From NCBI GenBank assembly GCA_947457545.1, contig CANGXD010000005.1:5552-69551 (forward strand): a DNA stretch of 64,000 nt, read 5' to 3'. Source of the stretch: Gemmatimonadaceae bacterium. Its GTDB lineage: Bacteria > Gemmatimonadota > Gemmatimonadetes > Gemmatimonadales > Gemmatimonadaceae. The notes under the pieces were generated by a model that was given only the letters and a program-made list of their open reading frames with translations, did not search any database and had not been told where the DNA came from. The first letter of the stretch is position 1. Each line of letters opens with the position of its first letter. A program made the translations under genes and the position numbers. Shown here piece after piece: positions 18,858 through 29,316 of this stretch.

Positions 18858-20999
18858 CTAGAAAATGCTGAGCCCCGCGTCTTCCTCGCGATCGCTCACA
18901 GAAACGGTGGAGCGACGTCCGGCCGTTTTCACCGGTGCGCCGATCGTCGCCCACTTCTTTACGAGCGGATCCGGGGCGCGCTTTTCGCGGATGTCCCGCG
19001 GCACCTCCTGGAACGGATTTCTCCGGGCAAGGGTGCGCGGCTGTTCCGAGTGGTTCCGTACGACGAACGACTGCACGAGCTCCTTCATCGTCGACGCCTG
19101 CGCATTGAGCTCTTCCGACGCGGCAGCGCTTTCCTCCGCACTGGCCGCGGACGCCTGCGTGCGCTGCCCCACCTGCTCCAGCGAATTGCGGATCTCCGCG
19201 GTCTGATCACGCTGGAACGTACAATCTGCCGCGATGGCGGCCGCGACGGTGGCCACGCGGTCGACTTCGTGCTGCACTGCCGACAGATGCTCCCCCACGC
19301 GGTGACTGATCGCCGCACTCGACGTGGTGGACTCCACCGTCTGATCGATGAGCGTCGCGGTCTCCTTTGCCGCCTCGGCGGCCCTGATCGCCAGCTGCCG
19401 CACTTCATCTGCGACGACCGCGAATCCACGCCCGGCGTCGCCAGCGCGCGCAGCTTCGACGGCGGCGTTCAGCGCCAGCAGGTTCGTCTGGAAGGCGATT
19501 TCATCGATACGCTTCACGATTTGCGCGGTCTTCCTCGCCGAGTCGGTCATGCGCGTCATCGCCTCGTCGAGCTCGCTCATGGATGCCGCTCCGAGCCCGA
19601 TACGATTGCGCGCCTGCCCGGTCAGTTCACTTGCTTCCTGCGCCAGACCGGCGGTGCGCGTCGTCACCGTAGACTGTTCCTGCACGGCGGATGAGATTTC
19701 CTCCACCGACGCCGCCTGCGCCGACACGACCTCGGCGAGCGACTGGCTCCCCGTTTCCACCTGCGAGGAGGCCCCGGCGATCTGCTCGGCCGCCACCTCA
19801 ACTTCGTGCAGTGCCGTGGACAGATTGCCGATGGCGAGATTGGCCGCATCGGCGAGTCGCGCATGATCTCCAGCGAAGGCGCTGTCCACGCGATGCGTCA
19901 GGTCGCGCGCGGCCGCATGCTCCAGCACCGCGAGCGTTTCGGTGATGGGCTCGACGACGGCATCCAGCGTTTCATTCATGCCTTGGACCAGATCGCGATA
20001 GGCTCCGGAGAATGTGCTCGCGTTGCCCCGTGTCGCGAGTTGTCCAGCCTTTGCAGCAGCCACCAGTCCCGCCATCTCACGAACGAGTGACTCCAATGTC
20101 GAACGGAGGGCGACGAAGGCATGGCCCAACACATCCTTTTCGCTGCGCGGTGTTATCGCCGCGGAGACGTCACCGGCTGCGATCGCCGCAGCGCTCTTCG
20201 CCATCTCCTGTTGCGCCGCCACCATCGCACGGAACGAACGCGCGAGGTCGCCAACTTCGTCCTTCGATTCCGGCGGCAGCGAGACATCGTGTTCACCACG
20301 CGCCAGCGCCTTGGCTGCGGCGGCCAATTGATTGACGGGCCGGCTGATCCGGCCAGCCAGTGCGAATGCAATGGCGAAGCCGAGCAGGATGACCGTCACG
20401 GTTCCAGCGACAACGATCGTGAGCAGCTGCTTCGTGTTGCGCTCGCCAACCGCGCTGCGCACTGCCAGCAGTGAGCGCTCCGCGCCGATGGCTTCGGCGA
20501 ATACCCCGCGCATGCCGTCGAAATGCTGTTTCCCCTTCCCACTCGTCTCGAACGCGACGACATCCTGAGACTCCGCTCCACCGCTGGCCACGCGACGCCG
20601 GAGTTCAATACCGGGCTCGGTGATCTCCGCTTGCCATGCCTTCGCACGCGCCGTCAGATCGTTCCACCGCGCGACCTGTTTCGGGTTGTCTGCTGTCAGC
20701 TTTGCCAACTCCTCCAGCGACGCCGTCGCCCGGAAGCGCCCCGCCTTGTAGGGCTCGAGAAACTCGTCTCGTCCGGTGACAAGAAAGCCACGGTAGCCGG
20801 TCTCCATATCCACCAGCCCCGCCAGTGCGTCGCCCGCGACGCCGATGACCTGATACGTATGGTCAGTCCACTGAGAGGCCACCGTACTTGCAGTGGTCGC
20901 ACGATACGTAATGAGCGACTGCACACTGAAAATCGAAAGCACGAGACTGAAGGCGACCAGCAGTTTACTGCGGAGCTTCCAATTGTTCATCGCATCCAT
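18858..20999 (-). CDS. Methyl-accepting chemotaxis protein with CHASE3 and HAMP domains
   Basis: HTYQVI...[10 protein letters not shown] (CHASE3), [10 protein letters not shown] (HAMP), [40 protein letters not shown] before ATG 20999. Confidence 0.95.
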   Translation of the reverse strand: MDAMNNWKLRSKLLVAFSLVLSIFSVQSLITYRATTASTVASQWTDHTYQVIGVAGDALAGLVDMETGYRGFLVTGRDEFLEPYKAGRFRATASLEELAKLTADNPKQVARWNDLTARAKAWQAEITEPGIELRRRVASGGAESQDVVAFETSGKGKQHFDGMRGVFAEAIGAERSLLAVRSAVGERNTKQLLTIVVAGTVTVILLGFAIAFALAGRISRPVNQLAAAAKALARGEHDVSLPPESKDEVGDLARSFRAMVAAQQEMAKSAAAIAAGDVSAAITPRSEKDVLGHAFVALRSTLESLVREMAGLVAAAKAGQLATRGNASTFSGAYRDLVQGMNETLDAVVEPITETLAVLEHAAARDLTHRVDSAFAGDHARLADAANLAIGNLSTALHEVEVAAEQIAGASSQVETGSQSLAEVVSAQAASVEEISSAVQEQSTVTTRTAGLAQEASELTGQARNRIGLGAASMSELDEAMTRMTDSARKTAQIVKRIDEIAFQTNLLALNAAVEAARAGDAGRGFAVVADEVRQLAIRAAEAAKETATLIDQTVESTTSSAAISHRVGEHLSAVQHEVDRVATVAAAIAADCTFQRDQTAEIRNSLEQVGQRTQASAASAEESAAASEELNAQASTMKELVQSFVVRNHSEQPRTLARRNPFQEVPRDIREKRAPDPLVKKWATIGAPVKTAGRRSTVSVSDREEDAGLSIF

Positions 21000-21064
21000 G
21001 ACGATTTGTCCTTGTAGTTCTGAAGTAGGGGGGAAGGCGGCCAACAAAGTCGTGCGGCAACAGC

Positions 21065-21883
21065 TCACAGGCGGTGTTTCGCGCCAATCCCGAACATCCG
21101 TCGGGGCGCAACACCGGTGAGCTGCGTGCTGGCGTGCAGGTCGACGTGCAACGTGTTGCGCACCAGCAGCGTCAGACCGCCACGCACATAGCGGGTAGAC
21201 GCACCGGCGCGGGCTTCACGGTCAAAGGCGAAGATTTCCGCGAACGAGCCAATGCGCCCTGCAACGGGACGCCCGAGCCATAGACTGCCGAAGTGCTGCG
21301 TGAACTGCTCGCCACGCGCTCCGGGTATGGCAACGCCGAAGTTCGAGGCCAGCGTGACGCGCGAGGGGAGCCTCCAGGAGAGTGCCGCCTTCATCGTGGG
21401 GCGCCACGCCGTTCCCTGGCCCGGCAGACTTCCACTCGGCACGTCGACACGCGTGAGCAGCGCCGCCGATGGACGCCAGCCGTGGTTCTCCGAGACGTTG
21501 AACGCGGTGCCGATGCCCATGTCCTCGCGGCCGGCAACCGTGCGCTGTGGTGTGGTAATTCGTGAATAGGAGTTCAGGTGCACGCGCACACCAATGCGAC
21601 GCGTCATCGGAACGTGTGCCGTGACCTCTCCGGCCAGAAAGCCGCGCACACCGTTGGCCTCCAACACCGAGCTCCCGTAGTCGACATCGACCCGACCACG
21701 AGGAGGGATACCATTTCCTTCGGTGAATCCGCTTCGAAAGCCCACCGTCCCCTGCGCCCCGGCCGCACCGAATGCGGCGAACGAGGAAATCAGTAAGAGA
21801 CTGAAGAGTGACAGGATGCGGACTTCGCGGGCGAGCAGCGGCGTATACGTGAGGCAACGCGCTCGTGCGGTACGGTTTCTCAT
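21065..21883 (-). CDS. Putative outer-membrane beta-barrel ('transporter', MetA-pathway-like)
   Basis: Signal-like hydrophobic segment, then alternating amphipathic strands ending FGIGAKHRL. Co-oriented with the MCP. Confidence 0.6.
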   Translation of the reverse strand: MRNRTARARCLTYTPLLAREVRILSLFSLLLISSFAAFGAAGAQGTVGFRSGFTEGNGIPPRGRVDVDYGSSVLEANGVRGFLAGEVTAHVPMTRRIGVRVHLNSYSRITTPQRTVAGREDMGIGTAFNVSENHGWRPSAALLTRVDVPSGSLPGQGTAWRPTMKAALSWRLPSRVTLASNFGVAIPGARGEQFTQHFGSLWLGRPVAGRIGSFAEIFAFDREARAGASTRYVRGGLTLLVRNTLHVDLHASTQLTGVAPRRMFGIGAKHRL

Positions 21884-22000
21884 CGCCGTATGTGGTTTGG
21901 AGTGTGGACGAACCGATCGTTCCACCTCACCACATCGCGAGGTTCAGTTGTGCATGATGTGAGTGATCAACATCACGTCGTGCTGCGTTTCATTTCTTGG

Positions 22001-22027
22001 TTATCGGAATGATTGTAGCTCTGCTTA
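22001..22027 (-). promoter_or_regulatory. Putative sigma-28 (FliA) promoter for the barrel-MCP operon
   Basis: Minus strand TAAG-N15-TCCGATAA. Confidence 0.65.
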
Positions 22028-22264
22028 ACGGTGCGATCGCGCGAGGAATTGACATTTTTTTGTTTGGCAATTCACATATTGGTGTGTTCATTGATTGACT
22101 GAGTGACGCCAATGTTGATGACGAACAGCATCATCGATGTCCTGATGCGCATTCACGAGAGCTGCCCCTGATACATCGAGGCGCATAGGGCATTGCGACA
22201 CACTCCGATGTGGCTGAAGTATCTCGCCGCCTATCCATCATCGGTGACGTCGGACGCGGGAAGC

Positions 22265-22291
22265 TCAACTTCTCAGGAATACTACCGATAT
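22265..22291 (+). promoter_or_regulatory. Putative sigma-28 (FliA) promoter for the hybrid kinase
   Basis: TCAA-N15-ACCGATAT about 70 bp upstream of the GTG at 22361. Confidence 0.5.
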
Positions 22292-22360
22292 CTCGGGTAG
22301 AAGCCCGCCGCCGGGCCGTTTACGCCTTTTGATGCGTTATCCGCTTCGGTACGATTTACC

Positions 22361-24832
22361 GTGCTTCGACACAACGAACCCGTACGCCCCACAGAGTCCG
22401 AACCCGTCGATTTCCTGGTCGAGAACATGTCCGAGGGACTCGTTCGTGTCGACCGCGACGGTGTGCTGCTTGAGTGCAATCGCGCCGCCGAGACCATTCT
22501 GGGCCTCCCGTCCGATCAACTTCGCGGCATCCGCGTTGACGATCCCCGATGGGGCAACATCCGACGGGATGGCACGCCACTTCCCGCCGACGAAGCACCG
22601 GTCTCGGTGGTGCTGCGCACCGGCGAGCCGGTCACGGAGTTTGTGCATGGCGTTCGCCATTCCTCCGGCGAACTGCGGTGGATCTCCGTCAATGCCGCGA
22701 TCGCGCGTAACGCGCGCGGCGAGATTTCCGCAGCCATCGCGAGTTTCGTGGACATTACGCGCTGGCATGAGCAGGAACGTCGATTGCAGTTCGTGATCGA
22801 TGGCTCCGATGTCGGCACGTGGGACTGGCATGTCGGGAGCGGACGCAACGATTACAACGCGCGATTTTGTGAAATCCTCGGGCGTTCGCCATCGACGTTC
22901 TCGAATCACGTCAGCGAGTGGGATGACCTGGTACACCCCGACGACAAAGCGTCTGTGTGGGTTGCGCTGAACGCCCATCTCGACGGAAAGACGCTATCGT
23001 ATGAGGCCGAGCATCGGCTGCAGCGAGCCGACGGCACCTGGGCGTGGGTTATCGGCAAGGGCAAGGTGACCGCGCGCAATGCAGACGGTTCGCCACATCG
23101 TGTTTCAGGGGTCATCCTCGACATCTCGCACGCCAAGGACGCCGACCAGATGTTGAAGCGGACGAAGGTATCTCTCGAGGAAGCGCAGGCCATCGCGGGC
23201 ATGGGTAGCTGGGAGTACGACGCCGTGACGCACCAGATTCAGTGGTCGCAGCAGCTCTTCGAGATCTTCAACCGCAACCCTGTTGAGGGACCGCCGGACT
23301 ACGCCGGCCTGTTGACCGACTACATCGAAGCCGACTCTGCTCGTCTGCACGACGCCATCACGGCGGCCGCCACCCACGGCGTGCCGTACTCGCTTGTGCT
23401 GCAGACCTCCCATGCCAATCCACGCGTCCGCTTCGTGCGCACCGAAGGCCGCGTACGCCGCAATGCGGATGGCAAGATCGTGGGACTCAACGGCACATCG
23501 ACGGATGTGACCGCGCATATGGCCCGCGAAGCTGAACTTATGGCGGCTCGAAAGGAGGCCGAGGAGGGCGCTCGACAGCTCCGCGAATTGAATGCGGTGC
23601 TCGAGGAGGCAACCACGCGGGCCACTAGTCTGGCGGCGCAGGCCGAGCAGGCCAATCGCGCCAAGAGTGAGTTTCTGGCGAACATGAGTCACGAGATCCG
23701 GACCCCGCTTACGGCGATTCTTGGCTATGCGGACGTCATGCGTGAGGAGGCGCTGGCGAAGGGATCATCGCACGAAAGCACCAATGCCATCGATACGATT
23801 CGCCGGGCGGGCGAGCACCTGCTCACGGTGATCAATGACATCCTCGACATCACGAAGATCGAATCGAACAAGCTTCTGATCGAGCATGTCGATACCGACG
23901 TTCAGCGATTGCTTCGCGACGCAGACAGTCTCATGCGCGCGCCCGCAGTGGCCAAGGGCGTCGCATTACGAACGACGTTGGAGACACCCGTCCCGGATCG
24001 CATCATGAGCGACCCAACGCGCTTGCGTCAGATTCTGCTGAACCTGATCGGCAACGCGGTCAAGTTTACCGACGCCGGATACATTGACGTCCGCGCGAGC
24101 GTCATGTCGCGAGACGGTTCTTCGGTGCTTCGCATCGCCATTCAGGACACCGGTCCCGGCCTGACGCCAGAAGCGGTCGCCACGCTGTTCCAGCCATTCA
24201 TGCAGGCCGATGCCTCCGTCACGCGTCGACACGGCGGCTCCGGACTTGGTCTCACCATTTGTCGTCGGCTCGCCGGATTGATGGGTTGGAACGTCACGCT
24301 GGAGCACACCGCGCCAGGTGCGGGTTCGCGGTTCGTGTTGGAACTGCCGATGGTGCGAAGGGCGGACAGCGTGCTGGTGCATTCGCTCGATGCCGGTACA
24401 AAGGGCAGCGCCGACATTGCACCCATCACCGTCAGTGCACGTCGATTGAACGGCCGGATCCTCTTGGCTGAGGATGGTGAGGACAACCAACGGCTCATCG
24501 CGTTCCACCTTCGCAAGGCCGGTGCGGAGGTAAGCGTCGTCGAGAATGGGGTGCTGGCGCTGGACGAACTGCAGCGCGCCGAACAGGCAGGCCAGCGCTT
24601 CGACTTGCTCCTGACCGACATGCAGATGCCGGAGATGGACGGGTACACCCTCGCGCGAGCCGTACGACAGATAGGCTCCGACATTGGCATCGTGGCGCTG
24701 ACCGCGCATGCTATGGCGGAGGACCGTCAGAAGTGCCTCGATGCGGGGTGCGACGGCTATGCTACCAAACCAATCGATAAAGAGGAGCTGCTGAGCACCT
24801 GTGCCACGTGGATGGACCGGGGGCGCGCGTGA
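22361..24832 (+). CDS. Cytoplasmic multi-PAS hybrid sensor histidine kinase with receiver domain
   Basis: Three PAS domains, FLANMSHEIRTP, NLIGNAVKFT, DTGPG, GSGLGL, receiver ILLAED...DMQMP...KP. Confidence 0.95.
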   Translation: MLRHNEPVRPTESEPVDFLVENMSEGLVRVDRDGVLLECNRAAETILGLPSDQLRGIRVDDPRWGNIRRDGTPLPADEAPVSVVLRTGEPVTEFVHGVRHSSGELRWISVNAAIARNARGEISAAIASFVDITRWHEQERRLQFVIDGSDVGTWDWHVGSGRNDYNARFCEILGRSPSTFSNHVSEWDDLVHPDDKASVWVALNAHLDGKTLSYEAEHRLQRADGTWAWVIGKGKVTARNADGSPHRVSGVILDISHAKDADQMLKRTKVSLEEAQAIAGMGSWEYDAVTHQIQWSQQLFEIFNRNPVEGPPDYAGLLTDYIEADSARLHDAITAAATHGVPYSLVLQTSHANPRVRFVRTEGRVRRNADGKIVGLNGTSTDVTAHMAREAELMAARKEAEEGARQLRELNAVLEEATTRATSLAAQAEQANRAKSEFLANMSHEIRTPLTAILGYADVMREEALAKGSSHESTNAIDTIRRAGEHLLTVINDILDITKIESNKLLIEHVDTDVQRLLRDADSLMRAPAVAKGVALRTTLETPVPDRIMSDPTRLRQILLNLIGNAVKFTDAGYIDVRASVMSRDGSSVLRIAIQDTGPGLTPEAVATLFQPFMQADASVTRRHGGSGLGLTICRRLAGLMGWNVTLEHTAPGAGSRFVLELPMVRRADSVLVHSLDAGTKGSADIAPITVSARRLNGRILLAEDGEDNQRLIAFHLRKAGAEVSVVENGVLALDELQRAEQAGQRFDLLLTDMQMPEMDGYTLARAVRQIGSDIGIVALTAHAMAEDRQKCLDAGCDGYATKPIDKEELLSTCATWMDRGRA

Positions 24833-24972
24833 TCCTGTGACGCACGACGAAGGAGCGCAGCGTCACGCTCGGCGTGCGCAGATCGCACAACGAACCCGCT
24901 GGTCCATCAGCCGGCCGGCGGCGATGGCAGTACGCCGTACCTGTTGCGCACTGGGATGATCGAGGTGGACAA

Positions 24973-25494
24973 TCATGCCGCCGCGCCGAGCCGCTGTCGG
25001 AGATAGTCACGGGCGCGCTGTCGTTCGCGCGCGCGCCCGGCGCGTAGTGCGTCTACCAGCGTGAGGAGTTCGTAGAGCGCCGGATTTTCCGCCGCGGTGT
25101 GCACGGCGCCTGCATACAAAGGCTCAAGCGATTCACCGCGAACGAGCCCCTCGGCTGAGGGCCAGACGTAGGCGCCGGCCCCGGTGAATCTGACGGCCAG
25201 CGGTGGCGCGGCGTGCGCAGTGGGTACCCCACGCACCTCGGCCCCTGGCGTGGCCGCAAACACATACGGGACGCCACCGAGCAGGAATTCGAGGAGCGCC
25301 TCCGGCTTCACCGTCCGCGAGCCCGCGCGAAGGAGCCGCGCGGCCTGCAGGCGCCGCACCGCGTTGTGCGCCTCGCCATGTGAGATGCCCACGGCCCCCG
25401 CCAATTCCCGGTAGGGCGCATCGGGCGTGAGCGACAGTTGGAGAGCAACGGCGACATCAGCGGGCTTGAGCGGCAGAACAGGCTCCGTGTCCAG
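24973..25494 (-). CDS. HTH-containing conserved protein of the type usually paired with a nucleotidyltransferase (type IV TA/AbiE-like antitoxin candidate); probable CTG start
   Basis: The frame extends upstream of 25404 as LDTEPVLPLKPADVAVALQL...YRELAGAVGIS (HTH) to a TGA at 25498-25500. Family motifs EFL.GV.YVF, RGVPTAHAAPPL, YVWP, LYELLTLVDALR.GRARER. Confidence 0.65.
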   Translation of the reverse strand: MDTEPVLPLKPADVAVALQLSLTPDAPYRELAGAVGISHGEAHNAVRRLQAARLLRAGSRTVKPEALLEFLLGGVPYVFAATPGAEVRGVPTAHAAPPLAVRFTGAGAYVWPSAEGLVRGESLEPLYAGAVHTAAENPALYELLTLVDALRAGRARERQRARDYLRQRLGAAA

Positions 25495-25640
25495 CGTTCA
25501 TGAACTGTGGACACAATCGAATGAGCCGTCAAGTATTCCAGTCTGGTGGCATGCCAAACAGACCGTCGGGGCGAACCAGGAATCGCACCAGCCTACCCCG
25601 GAAAACACAAACGCCGCCATCACGTAAGTGACGGCGGCGC

Positions 25641-25690
25641 TTGCAATTGCCCCTCCTGGGGTCGAACCAGGAACCTTCTGATCCAGAGTC
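25641..25690 (-). repeat. att site: 50-bp duplicate of the tRNA-Gln 3' end (distal island boundary)
   Basis: TTGCAATTGCCCCTCCTGGGGTCGAACCAGGAACCTTCTGATCCAGAGTC, identical to 62088-62137. Confidence 0.97.
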
Positions 25691-25885
25691 GATCCGATAG
25701 GGCGTTTCGGCGGATTTGTTTGGCAAATTCGCCAAACGATTTGGCGCGGAAGCCAAATCGCCACCGTACGGTCGAGGGATTTCACGCGACAGTTTTGGAT
25801 GTAAGGAACACGCCTTATCGCCGCTTCCCAGTTCACCGAGGCACGAATCGCCCGCGTTCGAGCGACGCGGTGCACCTCACAGAGC

Positions 25886-26316
25886 ATGTCCCATCCATCT
25901 TCGTACCGGCTTCTGCTTCAAACGCCCATTTTGGTGCCACTCTCCGCCATCCGCCCCCTTCCTCACGAGGTGTGGGCCGGCACCGCCATGGCCACCGAAT
26001 GCGGCGCCATCCGCGGCGATCTCGAATGTTCGCCGGCAAGGCGCCCAACACAACCTTCGTAGAGTTGTCGCAGCGCCACGACGCCCCGGGGGGCTCCTTG
26101 CGCACGCGGCGGGTGCGATACGGCACGTGCAAGCAGCCCGGTACGGTGTTCGGCGACTCCACCGCCTACCCCGTCATTCGCATCGGCAAGGACGGCAAGA
26201 CGGTCGGCACGGTGACGCCGCGTCTCGCCCTCCCCGACACTGGTGGATTTCATGTCGCCATCGCCGCATCGCCACACGATTCGCGTCGGGTGGCGTGCGG
26301 CGAGCTCGTGCTGTAG
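25886..26316 (+). pseudogene. Frameshifted small secreted protein (Cu/Zn SOD-like or CHRD-like fold)
   Basis: The ATG 25886 frame stops early. The C-terminal part (…YGTCKQPG…AYPVIRIGKDG…FHVAIAAS…RVACGEL) continues in another frame from CTCGAATGTTC at ~26021. Confidence 0.45.
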
Positions 26317-26487
26317 GAATAGCTACTTCGGTGCCGCCGCCGCGGCGGCCGCCGAATCCGAGCCGCGATCACCACGGCGACGAGCAAGGCACGCCGCAGC
26401 GAGGGTAGAGTGCACCCCTCACGGGAACACCAACGCCGCCATCACATGAGTGAGGGTGGCGCTTTCCGGAACGCGCCCGTTACTGCC

Positions 26488-26826
26488 CTACTGCCCCCGC
26501 GGCCAGTACATGATCACGCCGACGCCCACGAGACATATCGCCGCGCCAACTACGGTCGCCGCGTCGGGTTTGACGTCATCGACGCCCCATCCCCACAAAA
26601 CGGAGAGCACGACGAATACACCGCCGTACGCCGCGTACACTCGACCGAAATCGAAACCGGCGGGCTGCATGGTCGGCAGGACGCCGTAGAGAAACAGCAA
26701 CAGGCCCCCGAGCGCGCCGAGCCAGACACTCCGGTCGTTGCGGAGCCAAAGCCAGACGAGATACCCCCCACCGATCTCCATCAGGCCCGCGATCAAGAAT
26801 AGCCCGAGCGACTGCAGGATGTGCAT
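26488..26826 (-). CDS. ynfA: YnfA/UPF0060 family small membrane protein
   Basis: [29 protein letters not shown]. Confidence 0.92.
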   Translation of the reverse strand: MHILQSLGLFLIAGLMEIGGGYLVWLWLRNDRSVWLGALGGLLLFLYGVLPTMQPAGFDFGRVYAAYGGVFVVLSVLWGWGVDDVKPDAATVVGAAICLVGVGVIMYWPRGQ

Positions 26827-26886
26827 TTCCGGAGTCTAGTGCGGGGTACAAGCCCGTCCAAACGCGACTCGTCGATCTCCACCTGT

Positions 26887-29310
26887 TCAGGCGCGCCTTC
26901 CCTCCCGATCCTGAAATCTCAGGAGTCGCAGCGCGTTGGCGATCACCACGAGCGTGCTCCCCTCATGCGCGATGACCGCGGGACCGATGCTGGCGACACC
27001 GCTCACCGTCGCCACCACCAGCACGACGATCACGCCCAGCGACACCCACAAGTTCTGACGAATGATGCGGCGTGCTTGCCGCGAGAGCTCGACGGCAAAC
27101 GGAAGCCGACCGAGATCATCGCCCATAAGCGCCACATCGGCGGTTTCCAACGCAGCGGCGGTTCCGGCCCCACCCATCGCGATGCCGACGGTCGCATGCG
27201 CCAGCGCCGGCGCATCGTTGACGCCGTCCCCTACCATCGCCACGGGGCCCTCGGCGGCGAGTTCCTTGATCGCCTCCACTTTATCCGCCGGGAGCAATCC
27301 CGACCGAACATCGTCGACGCCCACAGCGTCACCTACCGCGTTGGCCACCCCCGCGTTGTCACCCGTGAGCATAACAATTCGGGTGAACCCGGCCGCGCGG
27401 AGCGCATGTATGGTGGCTTTGGCGTTTTGGCGCGGCTCATCGGCCAACCCCAGCACCCCGAGGAACTCCGGCGTATGGCCGATCCGCCGCACGATCATGG
27501 TGCTGCGTCCCGCGCGTTCGAGGCGCGCCACCGCCTCACCGATCTCTAGTGGCACCATCACCCCGGCCTCTACGAAGAGCAGCGCGCGACCAACCTCAAC
27601 GACGGCGCCTTCCACCGGCGCCCGCACGCCGCGGCCGGTTACTGACTGTAGTTCGCCAGCCTCGCTCACAGGCACGTCGCGTTGCGCAGCAGCACCGACG
27701 ACCGCCCGCGCCAAGGGGTGCTGTGAGCGTTGTTCGACCGCGGCGGCACTACCAAGCAGCATGCGCTCACTCACCCCCTCCATGGGCACGATATCCGTGA
27801 CAGACGGCTCACCCACGGTGAGTGTACCGGTTTTATCGAGCGCAAGGGACCGGATGGCGCCGAGCGCCTCGAGGTGAGCGCCACCTTTGATCAGCACGCC
27901 GTTCCGTGCCGCCTGAGCGATACCGGCTAACACGGCAGCCGGCGTACCCAGAGCGAGCGCACACGGCGAGGCCGCCACCAGCACAGCCATCGCACGCGCG
28001 AACGCGTCCGACCACGACAGCACGCCGAGCAGCGGCGGCGCGACAATGAGGAGCAGGTCGCCAATCAGCACAGCCGGCACGAACACTCGCGCGAACCGCT
28101 CCGTGAACTGCTGCGTGGGAGCTTTCTGCGTCTGCGCCTCGGACACCAGCTTGATCACGCGGTCCAAGGTGCGGTCCCCGACCGCCACCGACACCTCGAT
28201 CACCAGTGCGCCTTCGCCGTTGACGGTTCCGGCGAACACCTGATCGCCCGGCACCTTGTCGACCGGCACACTCTCGCCGGTGATCGGCGCTTGATTGACC
28301 CCGGAACGCCCTTCGCGAATGGTGCCGTCGACCGGCACACGTTCGGCGGGCTTCACGACCACGATGTCACCAGGTCGCACCGCCTCGATCAGCACGAGCT
28401 CTTCACGCCGCGACCCATCGACCTCTCGTAACAGCGTGGCGCGGGACGGCGCGAGATCGGCCAGCGCGGTGATCGCATGGCGCGCCCGCCCCAGCGCGTA
28501 GTGTTCGAGCGCGTGACCCAAGCTGAAGAGGAAGAGCAGCAGCGCGCCTTCGGCCCACTCCCCCAAGGCCGCCGCGCCGACCGCAGCGACGACCATCAAC
28601 AGGTCGATGTTGAAGTGAACCTTTCCCCGCTGGAGATCGCGCAGGAAATGTCCAACGTTGTCCCGGGCGCCGAAAACATACGACAGGACAAACAGCCCGA
28701 TGGCGACGGAAGGTCTTCCCGAAGGCGACCGTTCGACGAGCCATCCGGCAAGGAGCAGCGCACCGGACATTACACTCCACGCGAGTTCACGATGGCGCGC
28801 GTACCAGCCTCCCGAATCTGCCGATGTCGACCGCACGTCCTCTTGAACCGTGGGGGGCTGCTGGGGTGCGGATTCAGTAACCGCCGACGCTTGTCGAAGG
28901 ACGGCCTCCACCTGCGGCAACGTGATCTGCCGCTGGTCGAACTCCACCCGCGCCAGCTGAGCGGCAATGCTGACGGACGCCGCCGTCACCCCGGGCGTCT
29001 CCATGAGCGTGGACTCGAGGCGCATGCCATCGTCTTCGGTGGTTACCGCACGAATTGGCAGCAGCGCGTGGGCGAATTGCCCAGTGATCACGGCGCCGGC
29101 ATTTCGCGCCAGTGCCTCGATCTCGGCAAGCGTCAACCGGTCCGAATCGTAATGCAGGCATAACATAGGCTCGGCCGCACCAACCACATGCGCCCTGATT
29201 ACTCCCGGTTGCCTGGCCACCATGCTGATCAGTCGCGACACGCAGGCGTCACGATGGTCGGGAAGGTCCGGCAACAGGACAGGCAGATCGAGACGCGTCG
29301 TCGCTGACAT
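26887..29310 (-). CDS. Heavy-metal P1B-type ATPase (P1B-4-like: Zn/Cd/Co/Fe)
   Basis: TGES, transmembrane SPC motif (AASPCALAL), DKTGT, HP, GDGVNDAP and HEGST. Confidence 0.95.
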   Translation of the reverse strand: MSATTRLDLPVLLPDLPDHRDACVSRLISMVARQPGVIRAHVVGAAEPMLCLHYDSDRLTLAEIEALARNAGAVITGQFAHALLPIRAVTTEDDGMRLESTLMETPGVTAASVSIAAQLARVEFDQRQITLPQVEAVLRQASAVTESAPQQPPTVQEDVRSTSADSGGWYARHRELAWSVMSGALLLAGWLVERSPSGRPSVAIGLFVLSYVFGARDNVGHFLRDLQRGKVHFNIDLLMVVAAVGAAALGEWAEGALLLFLFSLGHALEHYALGRARHAITALADLAPSRATLLREVDGSRREELVLIEAVRPGDIVVVKPAERVPVDGTIREGRSGVNQAPITGESVPVDKVPGDQVFAGTVNGEGALVIEVSVAVGDRTLDRVIKLVSEAQTQKAPTQQFTERFARVFVPAVLIGDLLLIVAPPLLGVLSWSDAFARAMAVLVAASPCALALGTPAAVLAGIAQAARNGVLIKGGAHLEALGAIRSLALDKTGTLTVGEPSVTDIVPMEGVSERMLLGSAAAVEQRSQHPLARAVVGAAAQRDVPVSEAGELQSVTGRGVRAPVEGAVVEVGRALLFVEAGVMVPLEIGEAVARLERAGRSTMIVRRIGHTPEFLGVLGLADEPRQNAKATIHALRAAGFTRIVMLTGDNAGVANAVGDAVGVDDVRSGLLPADKVEAIKELAAEGPVAMVGDGVNDAPALAHATVGIAMGGAGTAAALETADVALMGDDLGRLPFAVELSRQARRIIRQNLWVSLGVIVVLVVATVSGVASIGPAVIAHEGSTLVVIANALRLLRFQDREGRRA

Positions 29311-29316
29311 AATGAG

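Noticed and set aside
25641-25690. Second tRNA-Gln gene
   Set aside because: Lacks the 5' acceptor strand and D arm; it is the att duplicate.
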